DNA of 64,000 nucleotides from Lama glama (taxonomy: Eukaryota). The DNA is taken from positions 97,280,001-97,344,000 of the forward strand of contig CM052816.1 in the NCBI GenBank assembly GCA_028534125.1, given 5' to 3'. The notes beneath the pieces are model-generated. The model made no database searches, had not been told where the DNA came from, and saw only the letters and a list, made by a program, of their open reading frames with translations. A program made the position numbers and the translations under genes. This document shows positions 47,816 to 59,209 of the stretch, in pieces (within the stretch, counting starts at the first letter, position 1; every line of letters begins with the position of its first letter).

Positions 47816-49499
47816 GAAGGAGAAAGGAGAGCAGAGGTGTGACGTGCATTTAGATGTGCTTTAGGATTTAGTCACAGTAAGTACTTCCCCGTTTTTACCT
47901 CTTCTCCACACCTACCCCACTCCTTCCACATTGTAATGTCTTTAGAACAGGTAAATGATATCTTGCTCAAGTAGGCTACCGATCATAACCAACTCATAGC
48001 TGGATGCTATGCAAAATGAACTGTGGTACAGTCTCCACCCCCTCCCCTAGCTCCTTGTGGAAAAATATTAATATCCTAAGCTTCTCTAAAGACGAACAGT
48101 AGGAACAGAGATCCAAATTCCTGACAATTAGTCTCCTCCACAGCCAGAAACTGGGCAGCTGGTAACCTGCTGTTCTTCCTTTGAGCTTCTCAGATTAGAT
48201 CCTAAATGCAATTTAATTCCAGACTCCAACACACAGTTCCTGAATTATACTGAAAAAGAATTAGTTATGTAACAAATCTGCCTTACTACTGATTACACAC
48301 TTGACATAGAGGACAGGCTATATTTTCTACCTGAGGTCCAAACTAAAATTTTTCAAACTGTATCACGACTTAAATATATGAAAGAATCCACTGCATAAAG
48401 GAATCCTATAAAATGTCTCTGAGATATGAGTAACCCTGTTAGAAAATCAATATGCACTGCTCAGCTGATCTTCTTTAATAACTATGGATCCTCATACAAA
48501 CTGCTTGCTGAAGAAATCTACAAATTCCCCTCTCTCATGGGAAAATACAAGATACACACAATGAAAATGCTGACCGTGCTACAAATACCAAGGAAATAAA
48601 AATATAAGAAAAGTAAGCAAGTTCCAGATACAAAATGTAATTGTAATATATAAATAGGGATACGTGGAAATTCCTTGAGGATGGTTCAGTATCCTGCTGA
48701 CGTGATGCTGACCTACAGAAGCTTAGCACACGGAGAACAGACAAAGCATGTGCTGAAGATAAAGCGAGGGCCAGGCAAGCACAGGGCGCAGGCGGGGTCG
48801 AGCTCCAGGGCGACGGACCTGCCGCCCCTGCCGGGGAGGCAGACCCCCACCCAGATCCTGGTCGTCTCTGCAGAACTGCCGGCACAGGGCCCGAGCGGGA
48901 GGCTGGCACCCCGGCACGAGGTGGGAGCTCTCACCGTGTCTTCCTAGCCCCGGCTTCCCTCTGCTTTAATACAATCATAAACAAAAAAGACTCCTGGCTG
49001 CTTCTGTGGAACTTTCTATCACATGCATGTTACTCTACGATACAGGTAAAATTCTTATTTTCTTGTTAATCATAAATTATTAAGGGCTTTTGGTGCTTAT
49101 GCTAAATTTATGATAGAGAAACAAAATAGCCTTCTTACATAGACAATACAAAACTGCTTTCTTTTTTTAAAGTTTCCTAATATCTGAATAACTTACTCTC
49201 TTTGTTATTAAGGGTTTCAGAGTCCCTTAACTACCGCAGATTCTAGAAAAATTCCTCTTTGAAACCCAGTTAGGAAAACAAAGACAGAAAAGAGTTAGAA
49301 GAAAAGTTGCCCGGACCAGTACAAAGGGAATCAGAGAGAGTAACTGAAAAGAATCTCTGCTTCGGCCACAAACCAAGTCCATTCCAAGCGTGTTCGCTCT
49401 CTTCCTCTTCCTCTTCCTGGCCCAGCCTCCTCCCCTTCCCTTCCCGTCCTTTCCTTCCCCCCTGAATAACTCAGTGCTCAGCCCTCAGGTGAGGCGGAG

Positions 49500-50489
49500 C
49501 AAGGAAGCACCAGCACCAGCAGGGAATGGGGGAAGCCAGACTCACCCAGGGCAAACTGGGCTGGGTGTGAGGCGTGTCTGCGGTGGGGAAAGTCAAGCAC
49601 AGGGGACAGGGCTGCAGCTGGGGGAGAGGCACCCTCACATGGACTGGGTGTCAGAGCCCGAGCTGGGGAAGAGGACACCCTCATATAGATGGGATGTCAA
49701 AGCCCCAGCTAGGGGAGGGGAACATGGTCTGGGGAGGGGACACCAGGCCAAGTGAGAGGGCACCTGAGCAGGGGAAGGTGTTGACAATCCAGATAGGAGA
49801 CTCCTCACATACGGGGATTCATCAAATATGTAAAATATTACGGATCCTGGGAGCTAAGTATTTCTCACTACTGATCAAGGGAGCCGCCATGGAGGGACAG
49901 AGAACTGGCATGACACTTACATCGGGCTGGAGATGGAAATACCAGTGTGAAGTCACAGTGTCTAATATGTAAGTAGATATAAAAATAGAGACGTACAAAG
50001 TGCGGGCCTTGGCTTGGGGCACTGACACCCCAGTGGCAATGGAAAGACCCAAAGCCCAGATCTTGCCACTAAATGTCATTCTTCACCAAAAAGCACCAGG
50101 GCTCCTTGGAGAGACGGCTGATTTTAGGGCCAGGGCAGGGAGGGCATGAGATGAGATAGCTTGTGCCAGAAATTGAGGAAATGCTCGAAGAATCATGGGG
50201 ACCTGTCAAAGGTACAGCTTGAAGGGGCACACACTGGAGAAATCTGAGGCCATCTGGGCATCAAAATACACAGGGATGGCAACAGTTTATAACCTACTGA
50301 GCACCAGGCCACGCAGATACTAGTAAGTAAATGAATACATTGAAAGTTTGATGAGAAACAGGGTATTTGCCTGGTTTCAAAGCATCTCTTCACAAAATAT
50401 GCATAATTACAAGGAGGAAAAGAGTAATTTCAAAATGGGAAAGTCTGGTGGACAGCACCCCAATAGTAAGGACGCTGTAAGTAACGGGG
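49500..50489 (+). mobile_element. L1MD-type 3'-UTR segment
   Basis: gtgtcagagcccgagc...ggggattcatcaaatatgtaaaatatt...gacaccccagtggcaatg...ccagggctccttggagagacggctgattttagggccagggcaggg...cagcttgaagggg. Confidence 0.75.
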
Positions 50490-50989
50490 NNNNNNNNNNN
50501 NNNNNNNNNNNNNNNNNNNNNNNNNNNNNNNNNNNNNNNNNNNNNNNNNNNNNNNNNNNNNNNNNNNNNNNNNNNNNNNNNNNNNNNNNNNNNNNNNNNN
50601 NNNNNNNNNNNNNNNNNNNNNNNNNNNNNNNNNNNNNNNNNNNNNNNNNNNNNNNNNNNNNNNNNNNNNNNNNNNNNNNNNNNNNNNNNNNNNNNNNNNN
50701 NNNNNNNNNNNNNNNNNNNNNNNNNNNNNNNNNNNNNNNNNNNNNNNNNNNNNNNNNNNNNNNNNNNNNNNNNNNNNNNNNNNNNNNNNNNNNNNNNNNN
50801 NNNNNNNNNNNNNNNNNNNNNNNNNNNNNNNNNNNNNNNNNNNNNNNNNNNNNNNNNNNNNNNNNNNNNNNNNNNNNNNNNNNNNNNNNNNNNNNNNNNN
50901 NNNNNNNNNNNNNNNNNNNNNNNNNNNNNNNNNNNNNNNNNNNNNNNNNNNNNNNNNNNNNNNNNNNNNNNNNNNNNNNNNNNNNNNNN
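50490..50989. other. Assembly gap (500 N)
   Basis: Exactly 500 N. Confidence 0.99.
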
Positions 50990-52224
50990 ACAGGCAGGTA
51001 TCCTAACCCTCATTTCCCAGACGTCTCTTCTATCACATCGGCACCAGCAGACACTTTATTGATTCATGAAACGGCAGAAGAAATGGCTACAAAATGTTCA
51101 AGGGATGTGGGCTGGGGTAACCCGAAACCAGGAAGATGCTGCAAGCTGGGGAACATGTTTGAGTGCCCGTTGCCCACGTGACGAGATCTTTCCTGCAGTG
51201 ACTTTCATAGTGTAAACTGTCGGAGCAAGTTATGTGCTCATTCCTGCATAAGACATACCCATCGCCCTGACCTGCACGTGACCAGCTAAGGTTGGGCTTG
51301 ACGGCCCCACCGAAGGGAGGGTGGAGCGTGGACATGATGGGAGAAGGGAGAAATGTCCTAAATATCCCCAAGGGAGGCTCCGAAGCGCAGAAACGGCGAG
51401 TCAGAGCTGGGCAGAGCGCGTGGAAGAAGGAACGCTTCTGCCACCGCTTCCCAGGTGCAGCGGGGTTGTGTCCTCTTTTAATAAAATACCCACCTTCTTT
51501 CTCCCATTTGATTAGTGACTGACCGGACGCCGTGTGTGTCTCTGGCCACGTTACTGACACGTGTCTATTCTGCTCAGTCACAGGGAACGCGTGAAGACGC
51601 GGTTTTCTCCACCTCCTGGAGGGGACGTTTCTTAGTAATGTCCAAATAACTGGAGGCCACCGTGCCAAACTGGGCCACTGCCTTTACCCTCTCTCAGTGC
51701 CCGCAAAGGACGTGTCTTTCAGGCTGCTCTCAATGAACACTGTGTCATGAGAGCTGGGACAGGGCTACCGAGGAAAGGGGTCCCTAGAAAGCATTCCAGC
51801 TAAGAGCGGTTACTGCAGACCCAAGGCTGAGCCTCCAACACCGTCTCAAGTTCCCAGACACAGTACTCCATCAAGTGAGTGACACACGGGTTTGTCAGAC
51901 CCCACAGGGCTCAAACGACCCACGTCTAAAAGCCCCTTTGCAACAACAGTGCTGTTCATAACTCTCTCCTCAACCCCACTGCATTTCACACACGGCCGCG
52001 TTTGTTTTATTTGGTTCCAGTACAGCAAAACAAAACATACTTTTTACAGGTGAAAAAAAGAGTTTTAAGAAAAAGCCCAAACCACTGACCTTCTTGTTTA
52101 CAGATGTACCTAACAGGAAATCAAATGGCTTTTTAAATGCTTTTAACTAACTAAATAGAATGGCTTCGTTGAAATGCCATGTATTAGTAAAACTAAATTT
52201 GCTGTTGCAGCATTTAAAGAATTA

Positions 52225-52355
52225 TGCTTCTGTGTCCTTGGACCTGCCAGAAGATTAAGAAATAGAGAAATCTTTTGTCCTCTGTAAAATGGGGTTTTGG
52301 ATATCAAGGTACAGAGAGCTTGAGGGGGGATTATGAATTTAATTGTGTAAGTTAT
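52225..52355 (+). mobile_element. MIR fragment
   Basis: ctgtgtccttggac...tcctctgtaaaatgggg. Confidence 0.45.
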
Positions 52356-52646
52356 TTCACTCTAAAAATAAGAGTGCTAAATTATAATGTATAATAACAG
52401 CTTTTAACCATCAATCAGCAAAATGGGATTGCCATTTCCAATTTTCACTGCTGCTAATTGCTAAGTGACTTCTGATTCTACTGGTGGAGGAGGGAGTTGG
52501 CAGTCTACCCATCAGCAATACGCAGTCAACATCACAGAGCAGATCTGGAACTCCAGCCAGGTGCCAGCCAACAGTCACACCCTGAGCAGGTGCACGGCAC
52601 CCCCTCCCTGAAGGGATAGGGAAGGTCAGCGTGCAGAGGCAGAGGT

Positions 52647-52654
52647 GCACTCAC
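52647..52654 (-). promoter_or_regulatory. ADCY2: 5' splice donor
   Basis: CAG|GTGAGTGC on the minus strand, a near-consensus U1 site. Confidence 0.9.
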
Positions 52655-52816
52655 CTGCCAGATTAGGTGCTCCTTGGCCCCCGGTGCTGCAGACAGGCAG
52701 ACGCTCAGCACGATGGTGTGGGAAGAGGAGGTGAGGACGCTGGCGATGATGGCATCTCGCATGTTGAAGGGCAGCATCGTGTACACCACGAAGATGATGA
52801 AGAGGAAGAATGACAC
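52655..52816 (-). CDS. ADCY2: Adenylate cyclase type 2, internal coding exon (most likely exon 3), encoding two helices of the first transmembrane bundle (M1)
   Basis: Minus-strand translation VSFFLFIIFVVYTMLPFNMRDAIIASVLTSSSHTIVLSVCLSAAPGAKEHLIWQ matches recalled human ADCY2 (VSFFLFIIFVVYTMLPFNMRDAIIASVLTSSSHTIVLSVCLSATPGGKEHLVWQ). Acceptor ctctcactgtccttcttgcccacctctAG|GTG, donor CAG|GTGAGT. 162 nt, phase 0-0. Confidence 0.96.
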
Positions 52817-52852
52817 CTAGAGGTGGGCAAGAAGGACAGTGAGAGTCAGAGA
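52817..52852 (-). promoter_or_regulatory. ADCY2: 3' splice acceptor with polypyrimidine tract and candidate branch point
   Basis: Minus strand ...ctctgactctcactgtccttcttgcccacctctAG directly precedes the exon; ctctgAc / ctctcAc resemble the yUnAy branch consensus. Confidence 0.85.
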
Positions 52853-53261
52853 GTCCTGTCTCCAAGTGCTTCCTCTCTCCTTCCCGTGAAAGGCTGCGTA
52901 AACCCCCAAGAACCACACCCACTTAAGAGACAATATCATGACAGAACAAGAAGGCATGTTCAAACTAATCCACCGGATTACAATAAAGGACTAACCAAGT
53001 GATGGAAGGAAAAAAGGTTCTTTTTCAAAATCAAGGGACTTCCACTTTTGGCATCCAAACGATTGCAGGTATTAGGTTAATCTGAGTAGTTCATGGGCAG
53101 GGATGCAAAGCTGGTCCTAAACTCTCAGGGTTTCGTATCTGTGCTTCAGAACACACATCTGGACTCTTTACATTTTCTGTCATACTGTTCCGGGAGAATG
53201 GATGGCTGTTGTCTGCGGGGAGTCAGTGGAAGTAGATGCAAAAAACAGCTTAGATGTGAGT

Positions 53262-53876
53262 CTCCTACCATGAAAACAGTTTGACAGTTTCCTAAAGGTT
53301 AAATATACAACTACCAATTAGCATGACTCAGCTCTTTCATTCCTAAATACACACCCTAGAAAACTGAAAACAAGTACTCAAACAAATACATGCACACATA
53401 TGTTCCTACAGCACTAGTTACAATATTCAAAAGGTGTAAATAACACACATGTCCATCAAGGGATGAATGGATACATGAATAGCATTGGTAGATCCATACA
53501 ATGGAATATTATTCAGCCCTGAAAAGGCAGGAAGTACAGATACATGCTACCGTGTGGATGAACTTCCAAAAAATAATGCTAAGTGAACAATGCTAGAGCA
53601 AAAGACCCCATATTGTGTAATTCCATTTGTATGAAACATCCAGAATGAGTAAATTTACAGAGACAGAAAGCAGATTGATAGATTTTAGGGGCTGGAGCAA
53701 GGAAGAACGGAAGTAACTGCTCAACAGGAAAGGAGTTTTCTTTGGGGTGATTAAAATGTTTTGGAACTAGCTGGAACTGCACACTGCACAACAATGGGAA
53801 TGTATTAACAGCCACTGAATTCTTCCCTTTAAAGTGGTTAATTTATATTATGTCAACATCGCTGCAATAAAAAAAA
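53262..53876 (+). mobile_element. L1MB-type 3' end
   Basis: gaaaacagtttgacagtttcct...atgtccatcaagggatgaatggata...tacaatggaatattattcagcc...attccatttgtatgaaacatccagaat...ggggtgattaaaatgttttggaacta...caataaaaaaaa. Confidence 0.88.
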
Positions 53877-54384
53877 TCAATGCGAAACAGCTTAGAGGAA
53901 GGTTTGGAATGGAAAAGAAAATGGCTTAGTAGGTAATAAAACAGGCCATTTTCATTACAGCAGAAGCAGAGGCAGGAGAACTTCAAAAAGGATAAAAAAG
54001 TGATAAATCAAGTGGAAAAAAGACCGAGGTCAGGGAAACAGGGAACAAGGGATTTGGTGAACTCTGCCGCACAGCTCTTCACTCCAAAAATAAGTGAGGC
54101 TAAGGAGAGAGCTTATTCCACTTTGACAGCATGACTTATGTGATGTGAAAAAGTCCTGAAGCCCACCACAGCGGGCAAGAGACAGAGACCTGGCATCAGC
54201 TGTCCTGCTGGAGTCAGGGCGTTAGTCCACGGGAAAGACGTGGGCAAAAAAAAAAAGGCTCTGCCCTGGCGGATTCACAGAGACGGACGCCTGGGTGGAC
54301 GCCAGCCTTGTTTCCCTCCTGCATAGTCACAGGCTCCTGCACTGCGTGTTACAATCGAAAAGTAACCGGACAGATTCTCATAAG

Positions 54385-54574
54385 CAGAGTTCCTCAGCTT
54401 GGATAATTCTTTGCGGTGGACACTGTGCACTGCAGGATGGTTTGCAGCATTCCTGGCCTTGCACCTCCTCGATGCCGGCAGCATCACCCCTTCAAGGTTG
54501 TGACAACTAAACATACCTCCAGGCATCACCAAACACCTTCCAGGGAGTAATGTCACCTTGCTCAAGAGCCACTG
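54385..54574 (+). mobile_element. MER20 hAT-Charlie MITE
   Basis: cagagttcctcagc...ggataattctttg...cactgcaggatggtttgcagcattcctggcct...gttgtgacaactaaacatacctccaggcat...aagagccactg. Confidence 0.85.
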
Positions 54575-56014
54575 AGCTAAAGGAAAAGTTTCTTTTCAGA
54601 ATGCGGAAAACAACTGTCGTGTAGTCACGGCTTACTGAGCAAATTAAATTTACTTCAGAATCCCTAATATCCAGCGACTTTATAGGAAATATTTTCAATT
54701 AAGGTATTATTTCTACACGTAGACTCTATGCCAGACCTTCACAGCCTACAAGAGGTGTTAAATGAATATTTTCAGGTATCAGAACTGACATCAATTACAA
54801 AAGAAAACCTCTTTAACAACGACTTGTTTTTCTTCTAACTCAAAAACCTTTAGCGTTTCTTTGAAATTACCAAAACTTTTGAACAGCTCAATTTTGGACA
54901 GCTTTAAATCTCAACATGACTTCAATTAATAAACACTCTGTAAACATTTTGAGCTTTGAAATGGACGCACGTGGAACGCTTATCTACAGTAACCAAACGG
55001 AGAACAGTTGCTCCTGTTGAGTATTTCCTTTTCGATGACAAAAATGAAATTGTTAAAGGTCAGTTAAGCAAGCCACGTTCAACCAAGGTCTGGATTTTAG
55101 TGGCAGCATTTCAGGAGCAACTGTTTTGGATGCTCAGCGCCTGGCATCTGGGCAGCTGTAGGCAAGCTGGGTGGAGAGGAAGGAGGCTGATGTAGCTTCA
55201 AGTCCCACAGGGGACAGTCTTCACTTTTTATTAATCCCAGAAGGCTTTCTTCCTTTTTAGCCTGTTTTCCAAAGCAGCTTCAAGTAGGGCCCTATGTCAA
55301 ACCAAAATGGATTTGGCACATCTAAAAAAAATGTGTGGGTAAAAAGCTCCAAAACGTTGATTGTAGGCACTTGGGCTTCCACGATTCCATGGGGCATTTC
55401 CACAACTGGATGCCCCTTGGCTGTGTCTCTGTCCAGGGGCTGAAGACAGAGGAGCACCGGTCTGGTTCCGAGACCCTGCACGGAGAGCCGGATGAGCCGC
55501 GGGTCTGAAGCGGGGGCGCTCGTCCCCGCAGGACGGCGGCAAGTGTTTCTCTTAACTCTGGCCGGCATCCGCTTTTTTCAAGACATTCGTATCTTCCCCT
55601 TGAAGGTCTGCTTGACCTTCAAGCTCCACAGTTTTCAAACAGACTAAGAGCTTCTCCTTCATGTTCTTAAACTTGTTCCTTTTGCAGGATAACTCAGTTC
55701 TGCCTACAATGCCTCGCTCTCCAAACAACCCAGGCACAAACGTTTGAGAGTCCCTTCTGACAATTCTTCACAGACACACTTAAAGAAAAATGTCTTCTGA
55801 CTTCAGAACGCCAGCGTCCTACAACTGTCCCCTCCTCTCCACCTTCACGGCCACTGGGAAGGTTTATTATTACCTTCTCATTTGGTAAGAAATATGTCTC
55901 TACACTTTCTCCCCCCAAAACAAGGACACCATGGTGAGCATCCTTCCTCCCATTTGCCCGTCCTCCCCAATCCTCCCCTGTCCTGCCCCGTCCTCCCCTG
56001 TCCTCCGTGCTCCG

Positions 56015-56376
56015 GGCAATCGTTAGGACTCCTCACCAAACAGCTCTAGCTTTCTTCCTTCTGACCACATGGTGCAAATGAACTGAGAACTTTCTTTTAA
56101 GTTAGGTGAGGGCATGTGACTTGCTCTGATGTGAGCAGAAGTGGTATGTGTCCTTTCTAGGTGGAAACTTTAAAAGCTAGTGCATAATTTGCCAAGCCCC
56201 CTTCCCTCCCTGTCAATCATGGAAACATGACATTGTAGCTTCTCCCAGCCTTGGTCCCAAGTAAGATGCAGAGCCCTTCGGCTGATCCACATGGACCTGT
56301 GATCGTATGAGTGAGCCTCCAGGGTGGTAAAGATCTGGGTCCCCTGAGCACAGCCTGGATGGTCCTGACTGATACC
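56015..56376 (+). mobile_element. Old MaLR LTR (MLT1I/J-like)
   Basis: aagttaggtgagggcatgtgacttgctct...gtgagcagaagtgg...tttaaaagctagtg...gcttctcccagccttggtcccaagt...cctgactgatac. Confidence 0.7.
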
Positions 56377-56397
56377 AAGCTCAGACAAACATGTACA

Positions 56398-56443
56398 TGC
56401 ACATGCACACCCACTCGCACATGCACACCCACTCGCACATGCA
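56398..56443. repeat. 18-bp tandem repeat (gcacatgcacacccactc), about 2.5 copies
   Basis: tgcacatgcacacccactcgcacatgcacacccactcgcacatgca. Confidence 0.85.
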
Positions 56444-56699
56444 AGGTTTTATTGATGGTTTAAACAGGATGCTTTCATATGCATTCCTCTGCAATTTGCT
56501 TTTATCATTGAACTATATATACACCATGGGCATCTTTCCAAGTCCACAGATGTGAATATATTATTTACTTTTTATCAGTTGTAAAATATCTCACAGGAGT
56601 GGGTGCACCACATGACTCCAGAATGTCCTTACTATGCATGATAGGAACCCCTTACCCAACTGCTGCAGTGACACCCTCACTGACCTCCTCTTCTCCAGC

Positions 56700-57570
56700 A
56701 TTGTCCATCCTTCAATCAAGCCAACATACAACTGCTGGATTTGTGATTCTGAATGCAAAGGTCTAATTAGCTTTTTCCCTTGGATGAAGATTTCCTCTGG
56801 CTTACCCCAGTGCTCCGAACATTTCTCTCCAAGGGTTTTTGTGATCACAGAGTAAGTGGAAACCACACAGCCTGGAGGTCCAGATTGTCCCAAAACTGAC
56901 CTCTGCATCCTCTCCTTCTGGCCCCACTCTGGAAGCATCCTCTGCTCCAGCCAACCACGGTCATTCCCAGGCTGTGAGCATGGGGTGCTCACCTCAGTCT
57001 GCCATCCCCCAACCTCAGAATGTCCTCTCTCCTCTTCTTGAACTGCTGAACTCTTACCTCTTTCTAGACCCAGTTCAAGTACAAATTCTTGTCATTTCCC
57101 CAACAATCTCCAGCTGCTTCTCGTCTGTCTCACTCAGAGTAAGCTCCCCAGACCTGGTAACGTCCCACCAGTCCTAGGATGTGGCCTCCTGTGGCCACCC
57201 TGCCCTCCACTCTGCCAGCTCATCCCTTCCCTTGCTGTGGTCCAGCCTCTGCAGCCTCCCGGCTGCTTCCAGGGCCTGCGAGAGGTGCTCCCTCTGTCCA
57301 CTTGGGTCTCTGATCAAGTATCACCTCACCCACCAGCCTGCAAGGACCACCTCTGCACAAAACAGCAACCCTCCACCACGCCCTAGTCCTTGTCACTTGC
57401 TTTATTTATTCATAGCATTTACAATTCTGGGTTTGATCATTTTCTCCCTCCACACAGTGAAGCTTAATGACATCATGAGGGTAGGAACTTGTTTCACTCA
57501 TAGCCAAGACCCAAAGGCTTGCGTCCCAATGGCTGACACACAGAGCTCCGCAAACGTGCTGTCTGCATGG
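56700..57570 (+). mobile_element. L2 fragments ending in an L2 3' terminus
   Basis: gctgaactcttacctctttctagacccagttcaagt...catgagggtaggaacttgttt...tggctgacacacagagctccgcaaacgtgctg. Confidence 0.55.
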
Positions 57571-58713
57571 AAGACTCTACAACACATGCCAACACAACCC
57601 AGACTATGTCCATATTATCACCATCTACTCACTAAATGCATCTCTAAAAATATTTCACCCTCTTCCTTGATTCAATCGGCCCTGCCATTCATTACAGCCT
57701 TATTGAATTTGGAATGATTATTTCTCTACCCATCAGTCACATTCAAAGACTTAAATGAACAGACATTTGTCAGATGCCTGTGGCAGGAAACAGCAGACAC
57801 TCAATCAAACAGGAAATGGCCCCTGTTCCCAGGGCACCTCCAGCCTACCCCCAGGAGCCCTTCAACCCTAGGAAAAAACATGTTATTGTTTTAGCATACA
57901 ACTAGCAATGCCAAATTTTAGTAAAACTTGCCCAAAGAAAAGACAGAAGTCTTGAATAGATTGATCTAATTGAGCAACTTGGAAAGATAAGTTCTAAATT
58001 CAAAATGAAAATTTCCTCTTTGAATGTTACCTCCATCCCAAAGAATTGATGATTTGAGAATATTTATGATTTCCAATGAGGGACATTTAAGAAAACTTTT
58101 TGGAAACACAGTCTATAAAGCTATTTAGCCAAAAATGTGCTTTAACTAAAAAAAAAAAAGATATGCAAACAATATTTACCTTTTCACCTAGATTAATATT
58201 TTTTTATCTTATTCCTTGATCATACTTGACATAAAGATTACTTCTGAGTCACTGTTACTTTTTTAGTGCAAATATCACAACTGTGTAAAATCGGCTTTCC
58301 TTTAATTAGGGGTCCTCAGTCACACCTGTTTTCAGTGCCAAACCATCAAGCGCGTGTGAAGGCTTCTTTGAGTGTCTCTTTACGATCGCCCTGTTTTCCA
58401 AGTTTACTTTTCTCCCCTTTCCCTTCTTGCCCAGGTCTTCCCAGTGGGGACGGGGTTTACATCTGTGCGTCTATCCCTGTCTGTGTGCACAGATGTACAC
58501 ACACATATGGACATGTGCTCACTGTGTGTGGACATGTGCAGACTTGGGTAAACCCACAAACTCTATCCCACTGAAATCCCATCGAACCCCAGTTTCCATG
58601 TTCTTATATTCAGTTAAGAAGCCACCTCTTCCCAGTTCAAAGACAGAGGCTTACACACAAGAACAAATGAAGGGAAAGGACTGACTGTGTCTCCAGCCTG
58701 ATAGCTCCCCCAT

Positions 58714-58720
<7 letters not shown>

Positions 58721-58750
<30 letters not shown>
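58721..58750. repeat. (GT)15 microsatellite flanked by AT repeats
   Basis: atatat followed by a perfect GT run. Confidence 0.97.
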
Positions 58751-58753
<3 letters not shown>

Positions 58754-58777
58754 CATATGTTCATATATATGTTCATT

Positions 58778-59208
58778 TACATAATGGACTATCCAGCCAT
58801 GAAGAAAAAGGAAATCCCGCCCTTTTTAACAACATGGATGGACCTTGAAGGCATTACGCTGAGAGGTAACTGACATGGAGAAAGACACTGAGGACTCATA
58901 TACATATATGATACCACTTGTATGTGGAACCTAAAAAAGCCAACTTGTAGAAACAGAGTGGAATGGCGGTTACTGGGGGGGGCAGCTGGGGGTGGAGAAA
59001 TGGGGAGATGATCGTGAAAGGGCCCGACGGTGCAGTCATGAGTAAGTCCTGGGGATCTGAAGCACAACACTGTGCTTACAGTTAACAACATTGTATTATA
59101 GTCTTCAAAGTTGCTAAGAAACTAAATCTTGAAGGCTCTCACCACAAAAAAAGGAGTTTCAATTACGAGACATGGTGGAGGTGTCAGCTAACACCGTGGT
59201 GGTAATCA
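58778..59208 (+). mobile_element. L1MA9-like 3' end
   Basis: aaaaaggaaatcccgccc...caacatggatggaccttgaaggcattacgct...gtatgtggaacctaaaaaagcc...aagttgctaagaaactaaatctt...ctcaccacaaaaa...gtggtggtaatca. Confidence 0.85.
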
Positions 59209-59209
59209 A

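Larger units (their letters stand above)
1..52654 (-). other. ADCY2: ADCY2 intron downstream of the exon (over 52 kb; next exon not seen in the window)
   Basis: No sequence encoding the following ADCY2 peptide (ILANVIIFICGNLAGAYHKHLME...) was seen. ADCY2 has very large 5' introns. The two N gaps cannot be inspected. Confidence 0.75.

Noticed and set aside
49615..49715. ~45-bp tandem duplication gctgggga..gaggcaccctcacat...tgtcagagcccga
   Set aside because: Falls in the internally repetitive G-rich part of an L1MD-type 3'-UTR, so it is explained by the repeat.
50348..51181. Long ORFs of 277, 207 and 179 aa in the ORF track (the last at 18615-19154)
   Set aside because: Artefacts of translating through N gaps.
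51087..51668. 193-aa ORF (also 174 aa at 7788-8312 and 178 aa at 57181-57717)
   Set aside because: They lie in GC-rich or repeat-derived DNA with no domain-like features; the lengths are compatible with chance.
52532..52654. Extension of the ADCY2 ORF past WQ (VSAPLPLHAD...)
   Set aside because: Readthrough beyond a consensus GTGAGT donor; no similarity to ADCY2.
55552..55737. 61-aa minus-strand ORF with protein-like composition (NKFKNMKEKL...)
   Set aside because: No recognisable homology, non-ATG start, no poly A or TSD of a retrocopy. A tBLASTx search would settle it.
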